A DNA stretch of 64,000 bases from Eledone cirrhosa (lineage: Eukaryota), in assembly GCA_964016885.1 (NCBI GenBank), contig OZ024740.1, forward strand, positions 324,198,001 to 324,262,000. The letters are read 5' to 3'. The notes under the pieces were generated by a model. That model did no database searches. It worked only from the letters and a program-made list of their open reading frames with translations, and was not told where the DNA came from. The position numbers and the translations under genes are program-made. This document shows, piece after piece, positions 1 through 13,638 of this stretch (position 1 is its first letter; every line of letters begins with the position of its first letter).

Positions 1-368
1 GTGAACCAGTGAATGATACTTTATTAGATACAGATGTTGGTATACAGTAAACATTTAATGAGAGGCCACCATTACTATCTCCACCTTCACAATCCCCGAC
101 CATCACAAACACCACCAACAACAACATCACCATTACCAACAACACCATCACTACCATCAACAACATCACTACCAACAACATTACTACCAACACCATCACT
201 ACTACCAACACCATCAACAACATCACCACCACAAACAACAGCAACAACAACAACATCACCACCACAAACAACAACAACATAACCACCAGCAGCAACAACA
301 TCACCACCAACAACAACACCACTACCATCCCCACCACCACGACCACCATCTCTAACATCACAGGGGAG

Positions 369-436
<68 letters not shown>

Positions 437-869
437 TATAGTTGAGACAGTAAACAAAAAAAAACAAAAAAACAACGTAAAAGCGAAGAGGCAGTACAAA
501 TGTTAATATTAGTTTCACGCTTGAGAGTGGGGGGTATTTGTTCTAACCACGGAAATATCAAGTTTCGGTAATATAGGTTAACAGGTACACTGGTTTATCA
601 AACACATATATGTATCTATCGAATCTCAAGATATCCATGTCTGACGAGGCAGTACTAGGACAGACTATATATTTCGCCGAGGAGATCTAATGAGAACGAA
701 ACATGTCTGGAGTTATCATCGCATTGCCAATGGCAGGCTTGTTCCACATTTGCAGCATGATGAAACTTTAGCTGTACTTTTCTTTATACAATTACACAGT
801 AAACAAAGCGACATACACAAATTCGTTCACAAGTTTCAGTCATGCTAGTACACCGCCATAAAGGGAATC

Positions 870-1009
870 AGTGGATCATAATTGTTTCTATTATTGGCAC
901 AAGGCCAGCAATTACTCAGGACATTACTGGTACTTTATTTTACCGACACCGTAAGGATGAAAAGCAAAGTTAACCTCGATGGGATTTGAACTCAGAAGTG
1001 GATCATAAT
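870..1009 (-). mobile_element. 5'-truncated family-A SINE with a 13-bp target-site duplication
   Basis: agtggatcataat at 870-882 and 997-1009 flank the SINE core and tail. Confidence 0.8.
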
Positions 1010-1256
1010 GACCTCATTACATACTCAATCAACTTTTTTTATCGACTTTATCAACTTTTTTTATCGACTTTAATTTACAGATTCGAAATAAATAACACAC
1101 ACACACAATATAGGCACCGGTTTACGTGTGTTGTATTGAAGCGAATAACTGTATACTCTGGGAATGTATCATACATTGCCCATGCAGTACGCTGAGATAC
1201 AAGCGGTACTGGCATTGATAAATATGCTGGGTCCGTCAACTCATTATTATTATATA

Positions 1257-1440
1257 TTGGATTGGCACTATCGGTAGAGGGTCGGACGCCATGCTTTGAA
1301 ACATAGAGTTACCTCCCTGTATGATCTGAGTTCAAATCCCGCCGAGGTTAACTTTGCCTTTCATCCTTACGAGGTCGATAAAATAAAGTACCAGTAATGC
1401 ACTGGGTAATTGCTGGCCTTGTGCCAAAAGTAGAAACAAT

Positions 1441-1445
<5 letters not shown>
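1257..1445 (+). mobile_element. Family-A tRNA-derived SINE (octopus-type)
   Basis: A-box-like tggca..atcggtaga, B-box gagttcaaatcc, core gcctttcatccttacggggtcgataaaataaagtaccagt (resembles the Meta/MESC SINE core as I recall it), tail aaacaattatt. More than 25 copies in the window. Confidence 0.85.
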
Positions 1446-1488
<43 letters not shown>

Positions 1489-1497
1489 ATACACATC

Positions 1498-1537
1498 CCG
1501 AGCTGAAGATCCGCGAAAGTGAAACAATTGTTCTCGG
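1498..1537 (+). ncRNA. Minimal type I hammerhead ribozyme motif
   Basis: Stem I ccgag/ctcgg, CTGAAGA, short GAAA-capped stem II, GAAA, palindromic ACAATTGT, GUU cleavage site. Confidence 0.7.
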
Positions 1538-2059
1538 TATGGTGAACTAACTGTTGTGTAACCACTTCTACCTAACTCGTCTCTTGGACTGAGTGCTCTA
1601 CCACTGCGGATATTACCTTCCAGTGTTCCACCACTATATATAAAATTTAGTACAGCATCAACGAAGCCATGGTTGCAGCCAAGCTAACGAATGCAGTTTC
1701 GGTGTGCAGCTAAGCACTCGATAGGGTATATAACCCTAGAGTTATAACATTACGTTTAGACAGCTTTACAAAATGAAGACAGCGACCGATAGAAGGGCCG
1801 CAGTGACCATAGCCACGAAAAAGACTGAACTCAGGAAATACGTGTGTGTCTGCCTGTGCGTGTGTGCAAAAAGTAAACAAATAAACCAATCGATACAATA
1901 CGATGAAGAAATATAGTAGTCTAACGCTTCAAATAACAGGAACAATCTTAACGTTGTCTAAAGTGAACAACAAAATATAACTACTCCATTTCTAATTAAA
2001 TGGACCTGTTCTATACATAGAGCACTCTTTTATCCTTTGCTTTTCCTTCCGAATTACCT

Positions 2060-2122
<63 letters not shown>

Positions 2123-2176
2123 CGTTTCTGAATTTGTTTAGCAAGATTCTTTATCTGAAATCGTGTGTTGAAACCG

Positions 2177-2480
2177 ATATTGTTATACTTTGGGAGGGTC
2201 ATGTTGCCATGAGCACACAACACACACACAGAAATAAAATGGCGTAGGACAGAACAAAGGAGAGGCACAAAAACAAAGAAAAGAATCACCAGTCACTGAA
2301 GAGGTCACAGAGTGTGTGACGAAAGAACTATGACAATATATAAACAACTATCTGGTTGTGGAACCAACCAACCAACCAGAAATTTATAAATTTATAAATT
2401 TATTATAATAAATTGAAGTGAAAGCAACTGGTACGTGTGTTTCTTATTGGCAACATGACCCTCCCAAAGTATAACAATAT
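2177..2480 (+). mobile_element. Penelope-like pLTR fragment with a 33-bp inverted terminus
   Basis: Inverted repeat 2177-2209/2448-2480, internal hammerhead, ends at (TA)n. Family copy at 32157-32420 (minus). Confidence 0.6.
2292..2334 (+). ncRNA. Minimal type I hammerhead ribozyme motif
   Basis: Stem I gtca/tgac, CTGAAGA, stem II gtcaca/tgtgac, GAAA-gaac-TA. Second copy at 32309-32351. Confidence 0.65.
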
Positions 2481-2674
2481 ATATATATGCACATCTATAT
2501 AAACTCCAGTCGAACAAATTTCATTCTTACGACATTGATCAACCCAAAACTATACTAAACATCATTAGTCAAGAGACTGAAGCCGAAGGCACGGTATTGT
2601 GTACCAAGCTGCTCCTAAATTACAGACATTTCCCCGCTTTCTTTACAAATACAAATATATTTCATACATATATA

Positions 2675-2850
2675 GCATGGAGTTACAGCCCTTTACGGTT
2701 TGAGTTTAAATCCCACCGAGGTTAACTTTGCCTTTCAACCTTACGGGGGGGGGGGGGTCGATAAAATAAAGCACCAGTAACGTACTGGGTCGATTTAATC
2801 AACTTTCCCCCCAAAAAAAATTACTGGCCTTGTGCCTATACTAGAAGGCA
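2675..2850 (+). mobile_element. Family-A SINE, partial
   Basis: Same core and tail. Confidence 0.75.
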
Positions 2851-2875
2851 TATACATATGTTATATATACATATG

Positions 2876-2929
<54 letters not shown>

Positions 2930-3257
2930 AGACGGATGATTGGAACAGGTAAAAGAGTATATATATGGTAACGAGGAACTGCAAAAAATCGGTCACCATT
3001 TACCAGATCGTGCGTGTGTGCGTGGTGTGTGTGTGTGTGTGGTGTGTGTGTGTGGTGTGTGTGGTGTTATATAATATATATATATATATATTATCATTAT
3101 AAAAAAGTAGAATATCGAGAAATCCGCATGATAATAGAATAAATATATAAGAATTGGTATTTGTTATATACTAATGATGTTAGTACATTTACGTAAAGTA
3201 CACGTGACAGTGATATGATCATAAACCCAGATATATATGTATGTATGTGTGAATGGT

Positions 3258-3295
<38 letters not shown>

Positions 3296-3337
3296 CGTGT
3301 GTGTGTATATATATATATATACGTGTGTGTGAATGGT

Positions 3338-3375
<38 letters not shown>

Positions 3376-3849
3376 GTCGAGTATCGAAAAATCGGCGCAC
3401 GAGTTCACGAAAAACGAAATTCGATATGAGCGGCAGAGGGCTCATATATATACGTGTGTGTGAATGGTTGTGTATATATATATATATATATATAATAATG
3501 GAGCTGCGGCGTTGCAAATGGGTTACATATGAAAAAGTAAGTCCTTCATCAGTGGCCTTCCAACCGTCCTAGGCATTTCATCACTTTAAAGGCCATATAC
3601 CTCAGGTTGGTGCGAACGGCTAAAAAAAGTCGTTCGGACACGTAAATAAAGGGGACGCTGGGGTGAACAAACAATATGGTTTAAGCAACAGAATATATAT
3701 ATATATATATATATATGCGCAACCGGTAAAAACTTAAAAACTTAAAACCACAACTGAATACTAACCCATACAATCACTAATACTCTTTTATTCCTAATTA
3801 AACCATTTTTCAACTGTGAACAATTTGTCAGCATTTTCTATTCCGTTTA

Positions 3850-3908
<59 letters not shown>

Positions 3909-4040
3909 GTGAGGTTTTTTTTACAAAATGAAAAATAACCGAGGTGTCCTACACGAGTGAAAGTATAAAGAAAAAGAGATGAAATCGAAAATGCAACTGA
4001 AGTCTTATTTTTTTTTTTAAATATATATATTTATTTGGTT

Positions 4041-4078
4041 CCTTTACCGGTTTCGCAGTTCTTCTGCTTTTCAAAAGG
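4041..4078 (-). ncRNA. Degenerate minimal hammerhead (core TTGAAAA)
   Basis: Stem I cctt/aagg, stem II gcag/ctgc, GAAA-ccgg-TA (palindrome ACCGGT). Two core substitutions. Confidence 0.55.
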
Positions 4079-4584
4079 TGAGTTGAGATGGAGGGTCTGT
4101 GGTTTTTCTCACATCTGGTTGGTCTCTGAATGTTACTTGTTTTATATGGAAAAAGTGGCTCGAAATTCCAGGTTTTTCGAGAAGTAATTTGATTGGTTTG
4201 TCAATAATTATAATAAATTTCGCGCCAGTTCGCGTTACAATAGTTCTTCAAATAAGAGGGGGGGGTTGTCACAGGTTGTTTTTTCATATATGAGTGTTTG
4301 AATTTCTTTTTACTTGAAAAAAGGAGGCTCACGAAGGCTTTTTTTTGGTTGGTTATAAATGAAATTTGGCTGTCACGTGAACAAGTTTTTATTACATTTT
4401 TGCGCCCTTATTTGGAAAACTATTCTGTAGTCTTTATAGTGAATGTTATGACAATGGAGAGATAGTGGTCAAGAGAAAAGGGATTGGGAGAAATGTTCTG
4501 GTTCAGTGAATATGGTCAGCTCGCCGGGATGTCAGAGTTCAGATTTTCTATTGAGACTGAAGATATGTATGTTTATTTGTGTGC

Positions 4585-4670
<86 letters not shown>

Positions 4671-5246
4671 TGGAAGACGATTCTATTAGTAGAGATGGGG
4701 GAGGGAGTTGTGTGTGTGCGAGTATGTTAAGATGGAGAGAATATATATTTTGTGTGTGTGTATATATATGTGTGTAGGAAAGTGGTTCTATTAGTAGAAA
4801 TGGGGAGGGAGTTGTAGGTGTGGGGGTTGTTATGTGTGTGTATGGGTGTTATGTGTGTGGGAGTATGGTTAGCATGTTAAGATGAAGAGAATATATATAT
4901 ATATATATATTGTGTGTGTGTGTATGTGTGTGTGTAGGAAAGTGATTCCTTTAGTAGGAATATTTTTGAATGAACATATTTTCCTTACTTTTTCGTGTTT
5001 GCTGTTGTATTGCCAGTGCAAACGTATGTTAAGGTTTATTTAGTTCGGGTTTTTATTTTCTAAAGTAGAAGGTGTTATGTGTGTGTGTGTATGTCATATT
5101 GTGGTGTTGACATAATGTATATTAAACCTTATTTAATGTTGGTCTATATTTTTGAATAAACATATTTTCCTTTTTCCATATAAAACAAGTAACATTCAGA
5201 GACCAACCAGATGTGAGAAAAACCACAGACCCTCCATCTCAACTCA

Positions 5247-5284
5247 CCTTTTGAAAAGCAGAAGAACTGCGAAACCGGTAAAGG
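5247..5284 (+). ncRNA. Degenerate minimal hammerhead, inverted twin of 4041-4078
   Basis: Identical motif in the right arm of the inverted repeat. Confidence 0.55.
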
Positions 5285-5353
5285 AACCAAATAAATATAT
5301 ATATTTTTTAAAAAAATAAGACTTCAGTTGCATTTTCGATTTCATCTCTTTTT

Positions 5354-5430
<77 letters not shown>

Positions 5431-5432
5431 GT

Positions 5433-5513
<81 letters not shown>

Positions 5514-5679
5514 GTGTGCGTGTGCGTGTGTGTGTGTGTGTGTCCCCTTGGTTTCAATATAGTTTGACAGCTCTAACTAGCGGAGCGAACTATATAAAAA
5601 AGGTTACTTTTGTCATTTGTGAAATATTTAGACAAATATTTTTTTTTGTGAATATATGCGTATACTGTTCATGTGAATA

Positions 5680-5832
5680 TATGTGTGTCCATGCTTTCTG
5701 TGGATAGATGTGTGTACATGCTTTCTGTGGATAGATGTGTGTACATGCTTTCTGTGGATAGATGTGTGTACATGCTTTCTGTGGATAGATGTGTGTACAT
5801 GCTTTCTGTGGATAGATGTGTGTACATGCTTT
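5680..5832. repeat. 27-bp minisatellite, ~5.5 copies
   Basis: Unit atgtgtgtacatgctttctgtggatag. Confidence 0.9.
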
Positions 5833-6206
5833 TAAACCCTATGATATGACAAATAGATGGTCTTTTATTATTTCTGACTTGTGTCAAGTAAATGGTATAA
5901 TAGATAGGAGCATTCAGTGAATAGAATTATCTAACATATCTATTGAAATCACTGAAATATATATGTTTACATTATGCGCGCACACACACACACACGTGTG
6001 TGTGTGTATGTGCACATACATATATATGAATCTATCGCCGTCAACTTTGCACAAAAGCAATACGAGACGATAAATCTGGACGAATAATAAGGTTTCTTGT
6101 ACAGAATAGACAACGTGTAGAAATCGGTCAGAGTATAACAACAATAAACGCCCCGGAATATGAATGAATTTATATATATATATATTTTATAGAGAGAGAG
6201 AGAGAG

Positions 6207-6385
6207 ATGGCTTCTACAGGACTAAAACTGTTTCATTCGGAGGAAAGCATCAGGAAAGCGCTTTCTTCCGAATGAAACAGTTCTAGTCCTGTAGAAGCCA
6301 TTTCTATATTAAATATTTATACTCTGCTATGTATTGAGTACCTTATTTACTGTGGTTACCCCCGATTGAACCTGGGATAAACATT
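6207..6385 (+). mobile_element. Short fold-back insert, family shared with 48173-48306
   Basis: Inverted repeat 6207-6248/6260-6301 plus a tail with tattgagtac. The 48-kb copy begins CTGATGA..GAAAC. Confidence 0.55.
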
Positions 6386-6456
6386 ATATATATATATATA
6401 TACATATATAAAGTAGAATCGAAGTCAGTGTTGTAGCATATGTACATACTTTATTA

Positions 6457-6539
6457 GCATATAACAATTGTTTCAATATCGATCAGCTCAGAGTACAATC
6501 AAAATGATAGGGCCGACTCTTTTTCGACATCTGATATGC
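6457..6539 (-). ncRNA. Degenerate hammerhead with extended stem II
   Basis: Stem I gcatat/atatgc, core CAGATGT (two mismatches), GAAA-caattg-TT, AATAAA just downstream. Confidence 0.4.
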
Positions 6540-7546
6540 GCAAAGACATGCGTTTTTTTTTTTTTACTGAAATGCCAATAATCAATCATAAGGCTGTTTA
6601 TTGAACTGCTTGGTCAACTGATTGGTTGAAAACAAAATTCACCACAGTAATTCTACAGGAACAACACTTTAGTTTTAGGATGGTTAGAATTTTTGAATTT
6701 AATACCTGTATGTATAACTTTTCAATTACAATTACTTGCGCCAAGATAACTTTGATATGTAACATTGGGGAGGGGTGCTGTGGATTCTAATTTCTTTTTG
6801 TGCATGAGACTGCCACCCCACCCACCTGAAATGCCCCGGGTCCCCAAAGGCCTAAATCCAACCCTCAACACTTCTGTCTTTAGTAACCCTTCACTATATT
6901 CTCCCTGACATGATTTTTAGGCACACCATTTGTCATAGCAGCTACTTAGCAATAAGCTCAATTATGTAATGGAATCGAAGACATAATCAAAATATTAACC
7001 ATAATGAAACAAAACCTTTTTTCTTTCTGTGGTCTGTAAATGTATGCATCAAAACAAAAACAAAAATAAAAACATTTTACAAAACATGAGATTTCCAAAG
7101 GCACCTCTAGTTCTTAAAAAAGTGAATCATCCAATGGCAATTATTAGCGACTCTAAGGAGAAGGGGAGATGATTCCAAGAAATTAGGAATTAATTTCCAC
7201 ATGCTTAAAAGCTTGTTGGGTGGGGAGATCTGATATAAAGGAAAAGTTGGTTTTAATTGACGTTTGTTGAAATGAAGGTTATGGGGAAAAGGAAGTCATA
7301 ACAGGGAGAGGTTGTAGAAGGGCAATTATTGTACGGTAGTAATAGTAGTAGTAACCACATCATTTCTAGCTCATATTGACCTTATAGTTTATTTAACATA
7401 CACACTCTGGTAAACATAACAAACTCTTCCCCATATATATATATATATATATAATACAAGGACGATTTGTTGCGTCTTCATTCTTCCCCATATATATATA
7501 TATAATACAAGGATGATTTGTTGCGTCTTCATTAAGCTTATTGATT

Positions 7547-7631
7547 GGTGACGCGCGTTTCGCTATTTGCCAGCTCAAGGTTCGATCTACATCGATCTGG
7601 CCCGACTCTGGAATCAAAAGCTCGCCAGACC
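7547..7631 (-). ncRNA. Hammerhead motif with extended stem II
   Basis: ggt-CTGGCGA-gct..agc-GAAA-cgcgcg-TC-acc. One core mismatch, palindrome ACGCGCGT, GUC site. Confidence 0.55.
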
Positions 7632-7691
7632 TCTGCTGTGATAATGACTCCTAGATGGATGGATAAATATCCATCCAGGGAGTCATATTTT

Positions 7692-7750
<59 letters not shown>

Positions 7751-8267
7751 TATATATAATTATATTTTACACAACATAGGATATATACACACACACACAC
7801 CGGTATTTATCTATTTAACTATTCACCTATCTGTATGTGTTTATCTCTTTCAGGCTATTTTCTTAAGTCTCCAGCCATTTTTAATTTACTTTCTCCCACA
7901 TCCAACCCACCACCACCACCACCACCACCATGGCCACCACCCTTTCACACACAACCTAGGCTCTCAGATATCCTCCACCACAACCAACACCACAACCGTA
8001 TTATTATGATACTACAATTATCAGGTGTGTTAGTACAGCAGTAAATTTCCAGTGACCCGTGTCCCTGACCCAGTTTCAAGTTCCAGTAGAAACCACTTGG
8101 TTTTAATGCACTCTGTTACTCTTCTCTATATTGGCTTATGGTGGACTAGAGACGGTGGTGTGGTGGGGAGGAAGAGATTGATGCCAGCTAGATAGATGCC
8201 AAGTTTGACGAAATTGCTAACTTGTAGCTCGATGGCTACATACACACTATTCCATACACACACATAT

Positions 8268-8327
<60 letters not shown>

Positions 8328-8760
8328 CTTACAAAGGAGGTGGATGGAGTGAGAGAGAGAAAACAAAAGAGAGAGAGAGAGCAAGAGAGAAATACATAGG
8401 AAAATAAATTACAAATACAAATAGATAGATTGATAGAAAGATAGACAGATAGTAAAAAAAGGGATGAGAAAAAAATCCTCTATTAGCTTAGATAGAATAG
8501 GGTAGAGGAGATGTTCAAGATGAAAGCCAAAATATGGGTCAGTATTAAAGGGCAGATAATAAATATAAACAAAACAGAATAGAGGCTAGTGGCGGGCATC
8601 AAAGAGAGATTTATACGTTTATATATAGTACAGTAGTTATGGGTGTGTCAGTGTGTGTATAGGATTAAATGAAACATTCCTTGCTTGCTTGACTGTGTCT
8701 GTGCATGACATAGGAGGCTTTTGCTATTGTTTTCCGCAAACCTCCTCCAAACACACACAG

Positions 8761-8802
<42 letters not shown>

Positions 8803-8898
8803 AATCACTTCGTCTATTCCAGTTAGACAGCTGATGAGGGTTATGGAAGCAACTTTTTTTTCGTTTCCCCTTTCTCAAAACCGAAATTGGCTGGCTAT

Positions 8899-8942
<44 letters not shown>

Positions 8943-9265
8943 TACTTGCCATATATACATGTGTGTATGCAGTATATATATATATATATATATATGCATG
9001 CATGTATATATGGCAAGTAGCAATCTATCATTCTATTTCTGTATACATGCAAGTATAACTAATGTTTTCCATGATGGTACAGAAGCTGTGTGTATATATA
9101 TATGCATGCATGTATGTATAAGTGAGCGAGTGTGTAGGAGTGGGTTTAATGTTTACACAGCTTCTATAATTCACTTAGATGTACGTCTGTATGTACTTTG
9201 ATGTATTGATAAAGCAATGCATGTGTATCGATGCAATTCTGTAATTACCCGAATTTTGGTTCCAG

Positions 9266-9379
<114 letters not shown>

Positions 9380-11466
9380 TTATGCTTTGGTGATGAGAAC
9401 AAGACTTACAGATACTAATTAATGTACATAATATCTCAGAGGACTAGAGTATGTGATGCACTCTGTATGTGTGATGTAGTTTGTGTGTGTGATGTAGTGT
9501 GTGTGTGTGTGTGTTCTAGTTTGTCAGAATTATAACGGGGTTAACTCTCTGAACAGGAAAGGATCTTGTAAAGATCCTTTGACTTGGGTAGTTTAGATTT
9601 GTAAAGTCAGGAGTTTGTCAGATTTAAAGTATTCTGGTGAGTGATTTGGTTGTAGTAACTGATTGATTATATTTTGTTTTGGATATCGTTATGTGTACAC
9701 TGTATTTGTACAGATATAACTTATATATAGCAGCGAATATGAATTTTAACCTGTTGACTTGCACTTCTTGTTTTTATATGACTCCGGAGTAAAGAGACTA
9801 GCCTGCGCACTTCGTTCAGTGCTCCAACCTGCATACTAGGGTGTCGGTAAACAACCAACACATACACGAAATTATATATATATATATATATATATTAAAC
9901 CAGTTTTAAATTAGTTAGACCATTATTCAATAGAGTACTAGATACTTGGACAGTAGAGTGTGACTATGTTAGAAAGAGTCGAGAACCGACGGCTGAGCTC
10001 TTAGCCGTTTCAATAGCTTGTCTGAAACTAGCTATTGAAACGGCAAATGGTCAGCCCCAGAGAGAGAGAGAGCGAGTGTGTGTGTATGTGCGTGTCTGTA
10101 TAATTCAATTGTCCGCAATTATACTACCATGACTCCATTGATTGGCCAATATATCCATGAAGATATTTAAATATTATTTATTATTCAGATAGGTGGACAT
10201 TTAAATGAATTAAGAGAGACACTGGTACTGTTGGTGAAGTGAGTCTATAGATAACACGGTATGTTTAATGTAGAGACGTTAGAACCATGTGTGATGTGTG
10301 CGTGTACTGTTGTGTGAGGTGTGTGTTGAAGTATGTGTGTGTATGAGTGTGTTGTGTGTGCTGTGAGATGTGTGAGTGTGTTGTGTGTGTAATATGTGAG
10401 TGTATTGTGTGAGTTTGCTGTGTGCGCGTGCGTTTGATGTGTGCGTGAAATGTATGTGTGTGATGTATGTGTGAGATGCGTGCGTGTGAAGGGAGATGTG
10501 TGTGTGTGATGTGTGTGACGTGTATGTGATACGAGGGATGTGTGATGTGATGTCTGTATATGGATACATGCGCAGTCAACATGTCTGGAAACGGGGAAAT
10601 TATGTCACGTTTTAACAGATGTTTAAGCAACGGAATTGTGTGTGCGTGTGCGTGTGTGTGTGTGTGTGCACATGTAGGTTTATATGTAGATATTAATAGT
10701 GTGTGCGTGCTTTTATACGTGATTATATATAGATACCCGTGTCATATTATGTGTGTTAGACATTTCTATACTTAACATACAATGAAGACAGGAACACACA
10801 CTTCTCTTTTCCCTGTATCTATTTATCTGTCGGTCTGTCTTGTCTGTCTCTTGCTCTTTATCCATCCATCCATCTGCCTATCGCTTTGTATCTTTCTTTA
10901 TCTATGAACCTCTCTCTATTCATCCATTTGCCTACTTTTCTGTATCTGTCTGTCTATCACCTCACACCCTCTCTCGCTCTGATAGTTGCAGAAGCTGTGA
11001 TCAGATCCCAACACACACTCCACACTAACACACCATCTCACCCTGGTGGACAGTTAAGTTCCATAAATATAATTCCTCTGACATATTTTCTCTAGTGTCA
11101 GATATAAATGACCATTACCACCACCACCCTCACCACAACCACAACAACAACAACAACAACAACCAAGAAGACGAAATGTTCATCAAAGACAAATTAGGAG
11201 TGGCTAAAGTCTTAGTGCCTTTTCTAACACCATTTCATCCTCCATTTGTCTGGTAGAGTGAGCCATATATCTGATAACTATGGAATATTCCACAGATTCT
11301 GGTTAAACTGTAGGAATTCGAAGTCATTTCCTGTTGGTTTTAAACAGCAAATATTTCGGATAAACAACTGGATTAGAAAATATTCAACCCTTAACACCCA
11401 GCAATTATTTAGCAGATTATGTCTAGAACTAGGCTTGTTAATTCAAATGCCTAAAGTATCTTTACT

Positions 11467-11705
11467 AGTGTGGAGGTGCGTGGCCTTGGGGTAAGGGTGT
11501 TGGACTTACAATCATAAAGTCGTGGGTTCGATACCTGGACTGGGTTGTGTTGTGGTCTTGAGCAAAACACTTCATTCTAAGTTGCTCCTGTATACTCAAC
11601 TGAAAATGAGTACCAGCATTAGCTGGAGATTTAAACCTGTCTTGTATTCTCAGTTGTTTCACACCACGAAAACCAATATAAGCACCGGCCTGATGAACCC
11701 CCGGG
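11467..11705 (+). mobile_element. Family-B tRNA-derived SINE
   Basis: tRNA-like head (tggcc..ggtaagg..ggttcgatacc) and tgtggtcttgagcaaaacactt core. Relatives near 21840, 24350, 31750-31898, 43190-43390, 55460-55580 and 59050-59290. Confidence 0.7.
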
Positions 11706-11887
11706 TTCGAAAAACTCTTTAGAGAGAGAGTAGAGATTCTTTACTAGAGAACAGATCATTGCGAAATTAGCAGTATTAGAGTAAAGACTTTCGATATTAA
11801 ATTATGAAAATTATATTCAAAATTAAATTCTTCTGTTATAACTGTATTTTAAATATTTTTGTTAAATTATGCTCCAAACTTCTGATT

Positions 11888-12200
11888 AATAATGGTTTCT
11901 GCTTTAGGTACAAGGCCAAACATTTTTTTCGACCCTGTAAGGGTGAAAGGCATAGTTAACCTCGGCGGGATTTAAACTAAGAACGCAAAGGGTCGTTATT
12001 ATATGCCACAAAACTATTGAACAATGCCCTACCAATACTAACCACCGGCTTTCTACCCACTGTAATGATGGTTTTCTGATTTAGGCAGAAGGCCAACAAT
12101 TCAGGGAGGGGAAAGTCGTTTGGGTATTTTATTTTATCGACCCTGTAGGGATGAAAGAAAGTTAAGCTCGGTGGGATTTGAACTCCAATCCACCGCCCTT
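11888..12200 (-). mobile_element. Two tandem degraded family-A SINEs
   Basis: aaggcca..gatgaaag..ctcggcgggattt occurs twice. Confidence 0.7.
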
Positions 12201-12634
12201 AAACATGAGACTAATAATGAGAAAGTTACTTTTTTCAAATCGTTGATTATTTTAAAAATTAATTGAAACACAAAGGCAGTAAAAATATACAGTATTAGCG
12301 TAAAATCTTACATATTTAATGTGATGCACTCAATTATTGTAAATAAAGTTGATTTATTGCACAGTAGAAATTGGTGTACTTAAAATATATGATGTGAACA
12401 AAAAATGTTAATAAATTAAATGTAATTAGTAACAAAATTTATCATACATCACAAACATTCGCAAATGAAAGATATTCTTATGTTTTAATTCACCAATTAA
12501 AGTGTCAATGTTTGTGTCTCATTAATGCGTTATGTTGTGGTACAGGATATTTTAAGAGTTGACAAAACTCACTTCAAAGTACAGCAAAGACAGACGTTGT
12601 GTGCATGCGCGCGTTATTTTTCTAGTGACATGTA

Positions 12635-12703
<69 letters not shown>

Positions 12704-13443
12704 GAATGTGTGTATACACATATACAATACTATTTGATCAGAGAAAGAAGGGTGATGCACATGATTCTTTTTAAGGGCTGAATTGCTTGCAACAGAAAGA
12801 ACTCTGCTAAAGGCAGCCAACTGTGTCTGGGTAATGACATTGAAGTAGGCGACTGATTAAGTCTACCTACCATCACTGTATGTATGTATATGTACATATA
12901 TATATGGCTGAATGTATCATCGTTAAAACTATTTTACAACTGCTTTCCATAATGGCACGGGTTAGAGGAGACGATATTTTTTCGACTCAATACCTATTCT
13001 CACACGTACGTTCTAGTTTCGCATGGTTTCTATCAGGGTTGGATATAGACACAAAATTAGAATACACAACAAACCCCCCCAATTTTATATATCAAAGTTA
13101 GTTTGGCCCAAGTAATTGGAATTGAAAACTTATACATACAAGTATTAAATACAAAAATTCTAACCATCCTAAAACTGAAAAAGCCTAGCTGAGGGCACAA
13201 ATAAATCGCTACGGCCGTCGCTGGTCGGGCCTCAACTATAAGGGGTACGGGGACCCCACCCCATTAAATCCGGATCCCGTTTCTATAGCTAGATGCCTTT
13301 CTTAATGCTAGCCACTTTACAGAGTGTATCTACTGGTACATTTTATCGTAACACTAACAATAAAGAGGTTTTTGTGTCCCGGGGAGGACTAATGTATCAT
13401 CACAATCCTACCCCCTCTCTTTCACCAACATTATATGGTGAAC

Positions 13444-13638
13444 TGGGCGGTAGATTGGCAGTACCGGTAGAGAGTCGGACGCCATGCTGTGTAGCATAGA
13501 GTTACGCCTCTTTATGATCTGAGTTCAAATCGCGCCGAGATTAACTTTGCCTTTCATCTTTACGGGGTCGATAAAATAAAGTACCAGTAATGCACTGAGT
13601 AATTGCTGGCCTTGTGCCAAAACGTAAAAAACAATTAT
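13444..13638 (+). mobile_element. Full-length family-A SINE with target-site duplication
   Basis: attatatggtgaactgg occurs at both ends (~13430 and ~13634). Confidence 0.8.

Larger units (their letters stand above)
3901..5360. mobile_element. Penelope-like insertion with ~190-bp inverted arms (3964-4155 / 5170-5360)
   Basis: Near-perfect inverted repeat, one hammerhead remnant per arm, (TA)n at both outer ends. Confidence 0.6.

Noticed and set aside
632-712. Hammerhead-like CTGACGA / CTAATGA..GAAACATGTC
   Set aside because: Stem I cannot be closed with either core. 3545-3556, 20297-20337 and 50686-50735 are similarly unresolved.
1257-1345. tRNA genes (A/B boxes)
   Set aside because: These are SINE heads without a cloverleaf, always followed by the SINE core.
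7080-7380. Possible L2/CR1 LINE 3' remnant (minus, WNHLP); also a zinc-knuckle-like CPQC at 37611-37838
   Set aside because: Only single short motifs, too little to call.
10189-10238. Possible plus-strand micro-exon (IGGHLNELRETLVLLV, cag..gtgagt)
   Set aside because: Weak polypyrimidine tract, no recognisable homology, and antisense to the supported gene.
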